64,000 nt of DNA. Source: Chthoniobacterales bacterium (GTDB lineage Bacteria; Verrucomicrobiota; Verrucomicrobiia; Chthoniobacterales; Chthoniobacteraceae). The stretch spans positions 224,001-288,000 of the forward strand of contig JBBQZX010000001.1 of NCBI GenBank assembly GCA_038207335.1, written 5' to 3'. The notes below the pieces were generated by a model. It saw only the letters and a list, made by a program, of their open reading frames with translations, searched no databases and had not been told where the DNA came from. A program made the position numbers and the translations under genes. The first letter of the stretch is position 1. Each line of letters starts with the position of its first letter. Positions 44,506-52,796 of this stretch are shown piece after piece.

Positions 44506-46212
44506 CTAGGACTTTCGCATGGCCTGCTCGACGATGAGGGCGGCAAGGCTCTGGGTGGCGGTGTCGAGGTCGGCGAGGGCGCGCTTCAGGGGCTCGGCGG
44601 CTCCGGCGGCGAGGGCGCTCTCGACTGCGCTGACGTGTGTGGCGATGAGGGCGCGTTCACTTTCGCTCAGCTCGGAGCCGACCTGGGCGAGGGCGCGCTG
44701 GACGGCGGGGAGCATTTCGTCGGCCTTTAGCCGGGCCTCGGTGAAGATGCGCTCGTTCACGTCGTCGAAGGCGTGCTCGAGGGAGTCTTCGAGCATTTTC
44801 TCGACGGCTTCGTCGCTGACATCGACGGCGCTCTTTACCTCGACGATGCGCTCGGCGCCGGTGGCGGTGTCGCGGGCGAGGACGTGGAGGATGCCGCTAG
44901 CGTCGATCTCGAACTGGACGCCGACGCGGGCGCGGCCCTTTGGGGCGGGGGTGAAGTCGAGGTCGAACTGGCCGAGGGGCCAGTTGTCACGGGCCATTTC
45001 GCGTTCGCCCTGGAGGATGGCGATGCGCATGGCGCGCTGGCCGGCGACGGCGTTGGTGAACATTTCGCCGGCCTTGATGGGGATGGTGGAATTGCGCGGG
45101 ATGATGACGCTCATGAGGCCGCCAAAGGTCTCGATGCCGAGGGAGAGCGGGGTGATATCGAGGAGGAGGACATCGCGCACGGCGCCGGAGAGGATGCCAG
45201 CCTGGATGGTGGCGCCGAGGGCGACGGCTTCGTCGGGGTGCTGGGAGATGTCGGGCTCGCGGGCGAAGATCTCGGCGACGAGGCGCTGGAGGCGAGGCAT
45301 GCGGGTCTGGCCGCCGACCAAGATGACTTGGTCGAGATCGCTCGGCTTGAGGCAGGCGTCGGCGAGGGCGCGGGCGCAGTGGGGGCGGACGCGTTCGAGA
45401 ATGGGAAGTGCGATGGCGTCGAGCTCGGCGCGGGTGAGGGTGAGGGCGAGGCTTTGGTCTTCGTGGAAGAAGGGGAGGTCGATCTGCGTCTCGGAGTCGG
45501 TGGAGAGGCGGTGCTTGGCGGCGATGGCGGCTTCGCGGAGTCGGGGGTTGTCGGAGATGCCGGCTTTTGCGGCGAGGAAGGCGACGAGCGCGGCGTCGAT
45601 GTCGTCGCCGCCGAGGCGGGTGTTGCCGTTGGTCGAGAGGACTTGGAAGATGCCGGCGTTCAGCTCGAGGATCGAGATATCGAAGGTGCCGCCGCCGAAG
45701 TCGAAGACGGCGATCTTCGAGCGGTCGCGGAGTTTATCGAGGCCGTAGGCAAGGGCGGCCGCTGTCGGTTCGTTCACGATGCGCTCGACGGTGAAGCCCG
45801 CGAGTTCGCCCGCGGTCTTGGTGGCGTTGCGCTGCGCGTCATTGAAATACGCGGGCACCGTGATGACCGCGCGGCTGACCGCGTGGCCGAGCGCGCGCTC
45901 GGCGTCGGACTTGAGCTTGCGCAGGATGAGCGCGGAGATTTCCTCGGGAGAAAAGGTCTGCCCCCGGATGGTGACGCTCGCCCCGCGCTCGCCGATGAGG
46001 CGCTTCACCGAGGCGACCGTGGCCTCCGGCTCCAGCGCCCGCATCCGCGCCGCCGCGCGCCCGATGATCGGCTCGCTGTCTGCTGGAAAATGCACGACCG
46101 ACGGCGTGAGCCGCTCGCCATCCGCGTCCGCGAGCAGGATGGGAAAGCCGGCGTCCATGACGCCGATGAGGGAATTAGTAGTGCCGAGGTCGATGCCGAC
46201 GATGAGAGACAT
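44506..46212 (-). CDS. Hsp70-family chaperone (short DnaK/HscA-like paralog)
   Basis: GIDLGTTNS, VPAYFNDAQR, NEPTAAALAYG, DFGGGTFD, LGGDD, VLLLDITPLSLGIET; 568 aa with no long acidic tail. Confidence 0.9.
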   Translation of the reverse strand: MSLIVGIDLGTTNSLIGVMDAGFPILLADADGERLTPSVVHFPADSEPIIGRAAARMRALEPEATVASVKRLIGERGASVTIRGQTFSPEEISALILRKLKSDAERALGHAVSRAVITVPAYFNDAQRNATKTAGELAGFTVERIVNEPTAAALAYGLDKLRDRSKIAVFDFGGGTFDISILELNAGIFQVLSTNGNTRLGGDDIDAALVAFLAAKAGISDNPRLREAAIAAKHRLSTDSETQIDLPFFHEDQSLALTLTRAELDAIALPILERVRPHCARALADACLKPSDLDQVILVGGQTRMPRLQRLVAEIFAREPDISQHPDEAVALGATIQAGILSGAVRDVLLLDITPLSLGIETFGGLMSVIIPRNSTIPIKAGEMFTNAVAGQRAMRIAILQGEREMARDNWPLGQFDLDFTPAPKGRARVGVQFEIDASGILHVLARDTATGAERIVEVKSAVDVSDEAVEKMLEDSLEHAFDDVNERIFTEARLKADEMLPAVQRALAQVGSELSESERALIATHVSAVESALAAGAAEPLKRALADLDTATQSLAALIVEQAMRKS

Positions 46213-46252
46213 GCGCGGACTGAACGCGCTGGCCCCGCGCGAGGAAAGCGCG

Positions 46253-46276
46253 TTGTCGCCGGGATCGCCGATCCCG
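46253..46276 (+). repeat. REP-like palindrome, degenerate copy
   Basis: TTGTCGCCGGGATCGCCGATCCCG, 21/24 identical to 51988-52011. Confidence 0.55.
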
Positions 46277-46287
46277 CGCGCTGGCCG

Positions 46288-46539
46288 CTACATCTGCGGC
46301 TCGGCCTTGAGCTTCGCGCTCATGGCGTTCTGAAACTCCTGCAGCTTCTCGATGACCTCCGGGCTCCGCGCCAGCACGGTCTTCGCCAGCTTTTCAAGAT
46401 GCGCCGGATTGCGCTGCCCCAGTTCGGAGAGGGCCATGATGATCGAAAAGACATTGTAGATGTCGTGCTTCGTCTTGCTGAAGACCGCGAACATTTCCTC
46501 GAACTCTTCGCGCGTCATCTGGAATTTGGTGTCGGACAT
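46288..46539 (-). CDS. Small helical protein resembling a stand-alone histidine-kinase H-box (DHp) domain
   Basis: KHDIYNVFSIIMALSEL followed by an amphipathic helix; typical codon usage. Confidence 0.6.
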   Translation of the reverse strand: MSDTKFQMTREEFEEMFAVFSKTKHDIYNVFSIIMALSELGQRNPAHLEKLAKTVLARSPEVIEKLQEFQNAMSAKLKAEPQM

Positions 46540-46606
46540 TGGATATTGCCTCTAGTCGTGCCGGGTTGGTTCTGCTTTGTTTCGCGGTTCGCTTTTTGCC
46601 CTGAAA

Positions 46607-49570
46607 ATGCCCGCGCAGACTATAAAGATCATCGGTGCGCGCCAGCACAATTTGAAGAACCTGACGCTGGAGATTCCGCGTGAGAAGTTGGTCGTCATTA
46701 CCGGCATGAGCGGCTCGGGAAAGTCCTCCCTTGCCTTCGACACGCTCTACGCCGAGGGCCAGCGGCGCTACGTGGAGAGTCTGTCGGCCTACGCGCGGCA
46801 GTTCCTCGATCAGATGCAAAAGCCGGACGTCGATTTCATCGAGGGGCTCTCGCCGGCGATCGCGATCGAGCAGCGCAGCTCGAGCGGAAACCAGCGCTCT
46901 ACCATCGCAACGACGACCGAGATTTACGACTACCTCCGGCTGCTCTTTTCGTCGATCGGCCAGCCGCACGACCCGCACACCGGAGCGCCGATTTTCAAGC
47001 TCACCCCGCAGCAGATCGTGGATCAAATCGAGGCGCTCCCGGCCGAGTCGAAGATCGTGCTGCTCGCGCCGGTCGTGCAGAGCGAGGTGGGGGAGTTTCG
47101 CGATGTGCTGGAAAAGCTGAAGCGCGAGGGTTTCGTGCGCGCGCGGGTCGATGGCGAGATCGTGGAACTCGGCGGACCGGAGCCGGTGAGGCTGCAAAAA
47201 GGCGCGCGGCATGTGATCGAGGCGGTGGTCGATCGGCTGGTCATCCGCGAGGGCGTGCGGACGCGGCTCGCGGACTCCGTGGACACCGCGCTGAAGTGGG
47301 GCGGCAGTCGCCTGAAAGTCCTGCAGCAGCTTGATTCCGGGGCGTGGCACGAGCTGAAATTCTCGACGGATTTCAGCAACCCCGAGACCGGCTACACGCT
47401 GCCGCAGCTCACACCGAAGCACTTCTCATTCAATAGTCACCTCGGCGCGTGCCCGGTTTGTCACGGGCTCGGCACCGAGCAGGTCTGCGACCCGGATTTG
47501 ATCGTCCCCGACGACGAACTCCCGCTCTCCGCCGGCGCCATGAAGCCGTGGGCAAAAGCCCCCGCGCGGATGCAAAAGTATTACGCCAGCGTGCTCGGCT
47601 CGGTGGCGAAAGCGTTCGGCGTTTCGACCGAAACGCCGTATCGCGACCTGCCCGCGGATTTCAAAAACGCGCTGATGCACGGCACCGGCGAGCGCGCCAT
47701 CGCGATGGATGTCGGCGGGGCGAACAGCGACAAACCCTTCGACGGAATCGTCGCGCATTTGCAGAACCTGCACGACACGACGGACAGCGAGCTTTCGCGC
47801 CAGCGCATCCGTCTTTTTATGAGCAGGCGGACTTGCGCGGCCTGCCACGGCGCGCGGCTGAAGCCGGAAATTCTCGCGGTCACGGTGAAAAGCTCGCGCC
47901 TCCCGGATGCCAGCGTCGCACACGCCGAAGACCTCCGCGGACGTGCGGCGCGCGCTCTTTCCGGCGAGCTGAGCATCTACGATTTCTGTCGGCTCACGAT
48001 CGCCGAGGCGCGGGAGTTCATCGAAAATCTCGTGGTCAACGAGCAGCAGAAATTCATCACGACCGAGGTGCGTCGCGAGATTTCGAACCGTCTCAGTTTT
48101 CTCGTGGAAGTCGGCCTCGGATACCTCTCGCTCGATCGCGAAAGCGGCACGCTCTCCGGCGGTGAAGCGCAGCGCATCCGCCTCGCAACGCAGATCGGAT
48201 CAGGGCTCGCGGGCGTCCTCTACGTGCTCGACGAGCCGAGCATCGGTCTGCATCAGCGCGACAACGACCGGCTCATCGGCACGCTGCGGCGACTGCGCGA
48301 TCTCGGCAATTCCGTCATCGTCGTCGAGCACGACGAGGACACGATCCGCGCCGCCGATCACATCCTCGACCTTGGCCCCGGCGCGGGCGTGCGGGGCGGA
48401 AATCTCGTCGCGCAAGGCACCCTCGATGACATTCTGAAAGTCGAGAATTCTCTGACGGCGCAATACCTCAGCGGGCGCGCGAAAATCCCCGTCCCGAAAC
48501 ATCGCCACCAACCGCAATACGTCGCGCCTGACCCGAATGCGAAATACTCGACGAAGCCGTCGAAGTCGTCCGTGGCGGGGTGGATAACCGTCGTGAATGC
48601 CACGGAAAACAATCTCCGCAACGTCACCGCCGCGTTCCCGCTCGGCTGCATGACATGCGTCACCGGCGTCTCCGGCTCCGGCAAATCCACGCTCGTCGAT
48701 GACATCCTGCGGCGCAGTTTGTTCCGCCATTTTTACCGCTCAAAAGACCGCCCCGGGAAGCACGAGCGCATCCTCGGGCTCGAGCAAATCGACAAGGCGA
48801 TCATCATTGACCAGACGCCCATCGGCCGCACGCCGCGCTCGAATCCTGCGACCTACACCGGCGCGTTTTCACCCATCCGCGATCTCTTCGCGGGGATGCC
48901 CGCGTCGCGCATCCGCGGCAACGAAGTCGGGCGCTTTTCATTCAACGTGAAGGGCGGGCGCTGCGAGGCGTGCCAGGGCGACGGGATGAAGAAAATCGAG
49001 ATGCACTTTCTCGCCGACGTGTATGTCGAGTGTGAGGTCTGCCGCGGGCGGCGTTACAATCGCGAGACGCTGGAAGTGACTTACAAGGGCAAGAACATTG
49101 CGGACATTTTGGAGATGACCGTCGATGAGGCGTCGCGCTTTTTTCGCAACGTGCCGACGATCTCCGACAAGCTCATCGCTCTCGAAGACGTGGGTCTGAA
49201 TTACGTACGGCTCGGGCAATCCGGCACGACGCTTTCCGGCGGCGAGGCGCAGCGGATCAAGCTCGCGGGCGAGCTTTCAAAACGCGCGACGGGACGCACC
49301 GTTTACATCCTCGACGAGCCGACGACGGGGCTGCATCACGCCGACATCCACAAGCTCCTCGAGGTGCTGCAGAAACTGCGCGATTCGGGTAACACGCTCA
49401 TCATCATCGAGCACAATTTGGAGGTGATTAAATGCGCCGATTGGGTCATCGATCTCGGCCCTGAAGGCGGTGCGGGCGGCGGACGGATCATCGGCGAAGG
49501 GACGCCGGAAACGATCGCGGGGATTGAGGAGAGCTACACGGGCAGGTATTTGCGGAGGATGCTCGCATGA
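46607..49570 (+). CDS. uvrA: Excinuclease ABC subunit A
   Basis: GARQHNLKN, GMSGSGKSSLAFDT, two LSGGEAQRI signatures, LDEPS/LDEPT, CEACQG/CEVCRG zinc finger. Confidence 0.98.
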   Translation: MPAQTIKIIGARQHNLKNLTLEIPREKLVVITGMSGSGKSSLAFDTLYAEGQRRYVESLSAYARQFLDQMQKPDVDFIEGLSPAIAIEQRSSSGNQRSTIATTTEIYDYLRLLFSSIGQPHDPHTGAPIFKLTPQQIVDQIEALPAESKIVLLAPVVQSEVGEFRDVLEKLKREGFVRARVDGEIVELGGPEPVRLQKGARHVIEAVVDRLVIREGVRTRLADSVDTALKWGGSRLKVLQQLDSGAWHELKFSTDFSNPETGYTLPQLTPKHFSFNSHLGACPVCHGLGTEQVCDPDLIVPDDELPLSAGAMKPWAKAPARMQKYYASVLGSVAKAFGVSTETPYRDLPADFKNALMHGTGERAIAMDVGGANSDKPFDGIVAHLQNLHDTTDSELSRQRIRLFMSRRTCAACHGARLKPEILAVTVKSSRLPDASVAHAEDLRGRAARALSGELSIYDFCRLTIAEAREFIENLVVNEQQKFITTEVRREISNRLSFLVEVGLGYLSLDRESGTLSGGEAQRIRLATQIGSGLAGVLYVLDEPSIGLHQRDNDRLIGTLRRLRDLGNSVIVVEHDEDTIRAADHILDLGPGAGVRGGNLVAQGTLDDILKVENSLTAQYLSGRAKIPVPKHRHQPQYVAPDPNAKYSTKPSKSSVAGWITVVNATENNLRNVTAAFPLGCMTCVTGVSGSGKSTLVDDILRRSLFRHFYRSKDRPGKHERILGLEQIDKAIIIDQTPIGRTPRSNPATYTGAFSPIRDLFAGMPASRIRGNEVGRFSFNVKGGRCEACQGDGMKKIEMHFLADVYVECEVCRGRRYNRETLEVTYKGKNIADILEMTVDEASRFFRNVPTISDKLIALEDVGLNYVRLGQSGTTLSGGEAQRIKLAGELSKRATGRTVYILDEPTTGLHHADIHKLLEVLQKLRDSGNTLIIIEHNLEVIKCADWVIDLGPEGGAGGGRIIGEGTPETIAGIEESYTGRYLRRMLA

Positions 49571-51987
49571 GAACGCTCGCTCTTTTCCTCGCCCTCGTCG
49601 CCACGGCATCCGCGAGCAATGGCGTCCAACTGAAGCAAGCGCGCCAAGCTCTCGCCGAGGGCATCCCGCAGGTTGCGATCCACAAACTCCAAGCGGTGCT
49701 CGTCGCCGGCGATCTCGAGGAAGAAGAGCGCGCGGAAGCAGTGCGAACTCTCGGCGAAGCGTTCCGCGCCGATGGGCGACACGGCGAAGCGCTCGTGGCG
49801 ATCCAGTCGCTTGTGAATGCGCGTGATCCCGCCGCGCTGCTGCTCCGCGCTGAGATTCTCGCGAGCGCGGAACGCTGGCAAGAGGCTCTGCCGATCTTTC
49901 ACGCGCTCGCCGAAGCGGACATCTCCGCGCGACTCGGCGAGGCCGAGAGCCTGCACGCGCTCGGGCGCGCAGTGGAGGCGATCGCGGCGCTGGAGGTCGT
50001 CGTGAATTCCCATCCCGAACTGACCGCCGCGCGGCTGCGACTCGCCGACTTATATATCGAATCCGCGCAGGCTAAAAAAGCGCGTGCGCTCCTCGCGACG
50101 GCGAGGCTCGGCGGCGGAAGCGATTCGCAATGGCGCGAGCTGATCGAGGGTCGCCTGCTGCTGCTGGAGGGAAATCCCGCGGCCGCACACAACGCCTTCG
50201 ATCAAGTGTTGAAGCGGGCGGAGCGGATTTCGGAGCCGATGATCGTCGCCGCGACTTTCGGTATCACGGATGCAGGAATCATTACCGAGGGCTACGACGC
50301 GGCAGATCGTTCGATCGAAAACTTCATCTGGCAGCATCCTGACAGCGGGTATCTGCCGCAGATGTTCCGTCGGCTCGACGACATGTATTCGCACGAGGAA
50401 GACCCGCGCGAAAACGAGCTGCAACGCTGGGCTCAAAAGCCGCAAACGCAGCGCGCTGCGCTGGCCCGCTACTATCTCGCCCGGCTCCAGCGGCAGGAGA
50501 AAAAGACCGAGAAAGAAAAGGCGACGCTCGATACTTTCATTCAGACATATCCCGGCCATCCACTCCTCCCGAAAGCCTACGAACGGCTCGCCGACTGGCA
50601 TCTTTTGAAATCCGATTTCGCGGGCGCGATCAGCGCGTTGGAGGCCGCGGAGCGCGTCGCCGGGAGCGATGCCATGCGCGCAGAAATCGAGCTGCGAAGC
50701 GGGCTCGTGCACTATCGCGCCGGGGAATTTCTGCTCGCCGCAAATCTCTTCGACTCCGTCGCAAAGCGCGCGCCGGAGCTGCGCGAGATCGCGCTTTTCA
50801 ACGCCGCGCTCGCCGCGCTGAATCAGAAAAACTTCGACGGCTTCCTCGAGCGCTACCGCGAGCTCACGGCGCAATTTCCCGCCAGTCCCCTCCGTAGCGA
50901 AATCATCCTGGAGCAAGGCCTGCTGCAGGCGCGCACCAGCGATGCGCGCGGACGCGAAACGCTCCTCCGTTTTGTCGAGCATTTCCCCGCGCACCCGCGC
51001 ATCGGCGAGGCTCGCATCGCGCTCGCCGAACTCGCGCTCGCCGCCGGCGACATGCAGGACGCCGCGCATTTCCAGCTCGCCGTCGGCGAGGCCAGCACCG
51101 CGCCGGAGCTGACCGACCAGTCGCAGGTTCTCGCGATTTTTCTCGCCGAGGCGCAGACCCCGCGCCGCGACGGAGACGTCGCCACTCTCGCGCAGAAATT
51201 CCTTCGCGAGCGCCCCGGCTCGCCGCTCGTCCCCGAGGTGCGCATGAAGCTCGGGCAGGTTTATTTTCGCGCCGCCGATTTCGCAAACGCCGAGACGCAA
51301 TTCACGATCCTGGCGACCGAGAATCCCGACGGTCCGTACGCTGAGACCGCGCTTTTTCTCGCCGGCGAATCCGCGATGAAAAGCATCAACACCGGCTCGG
51401 TCGATCGCGCGCTGGAGCTGTTCGATCGAGTGGCAAAACGCGACGGGCCGATGAAACTGTACGCGCGCCAGCAGCAGGCGATCGTGCAGAGCCGGCTTGG
51501 CAAAGAGGTCGAGGCGGTGGCGCTCTACGACATCATCCTCGCGGCGCAGCCGCCGCCGGACGCCGAGTTGCGCTTCGCCGCGTTAAGGGGAAAAGGGGAC
51601 AATTTTCTCGCGATCGGAAGCAAGCAGCCCAAGCAGCTCGAAGCCGCCGTCGCCGTGTTCGACCAGCTCGCGCGGCTCGACGGCGTCACGCCCGCATGGC
51701 GCAACGAAGCTCTCTACAAAAAGGGCAAGGCGCTCGAGCAGCTCGCGCGCATCCCCGCCGCGCTCACCGCCTACTACGACGTGCTCGCCACGACCGCCGC
51801 CGATGGCCGCGAATTCCTCTGGTATTACAAAGCCGGCTTTGACGCCGCGCGCATCTTCGAGGCGCAGGAGCAGTGGAAACCGGCGATCGGCATCTACGAA
51901 AAAATGGCAGTGCTGGAAGGCCCGCGCGCCTCCGAGGCCCGCGAGCAGACGAAGCGCCTCCGCCTCGCGCACTTCATCTGGGATTAG
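49567..51987 (+). CDS. Secreted tetratricopeptide-repeat protein
   Basis: Signal peptide; many TPR-like helix pairs (YPGHPL, FPASPL, FPAHP, PGSPL, PDGPYAETALF); 4-bp overlap with uvrA. Confidence 0.85.
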   Translation: MRTLALFLALVATASASNGVQLKQARQALAEGIPQVAIHKLQAVLVAGDLEEEERAEAVRTLGEAFRADGRHGEALVAIQSLVNARDPAALLLRAEILASAERWQEALPIFHALAEADISARLGEAESLHALGRAVEAIAALEVVVNSHPELTAARLRLADLYIESAQAKKARALLATARLGGGSDSQWRELIEGRLLLLEGNPAAAHNAFDQVLKRAERISEPMIVAATFGITDAGIITEGYDAADRSIENFIWQHPDSGYLPQMFRRLDDMYSHEEDPRENELQRWAQKPQTQRAALARYYLARLQRQEKKTEKEKATLDTFIQTYPGHPLLPKAYERLADWHLLKSDFAGAISALEAAERVAGSDAMRAEIELRSGLVHYRAGEFLLAANLFDSVAKRAPELREIALFNAALAALNQKNFDGFLERYRELTAQFPASPLRSEIILEQGLLQARTSDARGRETLLRFVEHFPAHPRIGEARIALAELALAAGDMQDAAHFQLAVGEASTAPELTDQSQVLAIFLAEAQTPRRDGDVATLAQKFLRERPGSPLVPEVRMKLGQVYFRAADFANAETQFTILATENPDGPYAETALFLAGESAMKSINTGSVDRALELFDRVAKRDGPMKLYARQQQAIVQSRLGKEVEAVALYDIILAAQPPPDAELRFAALRGKGDNFLAIGSKQPKQLEAAVAVFDQLARLDGVTPAWRNEALYKKGKALEQLARIPAALTAYYDVLATTAADGREFLWYYKAGFDAARIFEAQEQWKPAIGIYEKMAVLEGPRASEAREQTKRLRLAHFIWD

Positions 51988-52013
51988 TTGTAGCCGGGAT
52001 CGGTGATCCCGGC
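51988..52013 (+). repeat. GTAG-type REP-like palindrome directly after a stop codon
   Basis: GTA-GCCGGGATC-GGT-GATCCCGGC: perfect 9-bp stem whose first G completes a GTAG tetranucleotide. Confidence 0.6.
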
Positions 52014-52139
52014 GGCGGGTTTCTTCGGGTCTACTAGCGCGCTCGTCCAGCGTGCTTTTTTCTGGGAAAAACACGCTCCTTTTCCCCTCGATACACGTTT
52101 TCACCAGCGCGAACATCGCCCCGGCGATAACGCCGCGTT

Positions 52140-52796
52140 ATGCCGCAAATCTTCACCCGTGCCTCGAATACCTTCGCGCGCGCAGGCATCGTGTTCGCTG
52201 TGCTGTGCCTCGGTGGCGTTGCTTGGGCGACCTACACGGTCTGGTGGTCGCCATACATGACCGGGGTCGATGCGCCTCGTGCGCAGCCCGTGCCTTTCAG
52301 CCACAAACACCACGCCGGTGAACTCGGGATTGACTGCCGATACTGCCACACCGGGGTGGAAAGCGGGCGCTTCGCAGGGCTGCCGCCGACCGAAACGTGC
52401 ATGACCTGCCATTCGCAAATCTGGACCGATGCGCCGCTGCTCGCGCCCGTCCGCGCGAGCTGGCGCGACGGAAAGGCGATCGAGTGGACGCGCGTGCATG
52501 ACCTCCCGGACTTCGTTTATTTTGACCACTCGATCCATGTGCGGAAAGGCGTCGGCTGCGCGGAATGCCACGGGCGCGTCGATGAAATGCCGCTCACCTG
52601 GCAGGCAAAGCCGCTCTACATGAAGTGGTGCCTCGAATGCCACCGCGCGCCCGAGCAGCACGTGCGGCCACCCGGCGAGGTCTTCAATATGAGCTGGGAG
52701 CGGCCCGCCGAGCAGCGCGCGCGCGGGCTCGCACTGGCCGGGGCCGCGCATCTTGACACGACGCACATGATGGATTGCTCCGCCTGCCACCGATGA
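52140..52796 (+). CDS. actA: Alternative complex III pentaheme cytochrome c subunit
   Basis: N-terminal TM; QPVPFSHKHHAG; five CxxCH (CRYCH, CMTCH, CAECH, CLECH, CSACH). Confidence 0.92.
   Translation: MPQIFTRASNTFARAGIVFAVLCLGGVAWATYTVWWSPYMTGVDAPRAQPVPFSHKHHAGELGIDCRYCHTGVESGRFAGLPPTETCMTCHSQIWTDAPLLAPVRASWRDGKAIEWTRVHDLPDFVYFDHSIHVRKGVGCAECHGRVDEMPLTWQAKPLYMKWCLECHRAPEQHVRPPGEVFNMSWERPAEQRARGLALAGAAHLDTTHMMDCSACHR

Noticed and set aside
46540..46606. LexA/SOS box upstream of uvrA
   Set aside because: No convincing palindrome; the TGTTC-N4-GAACA motif I recall for Verrucomicrobia is absent.
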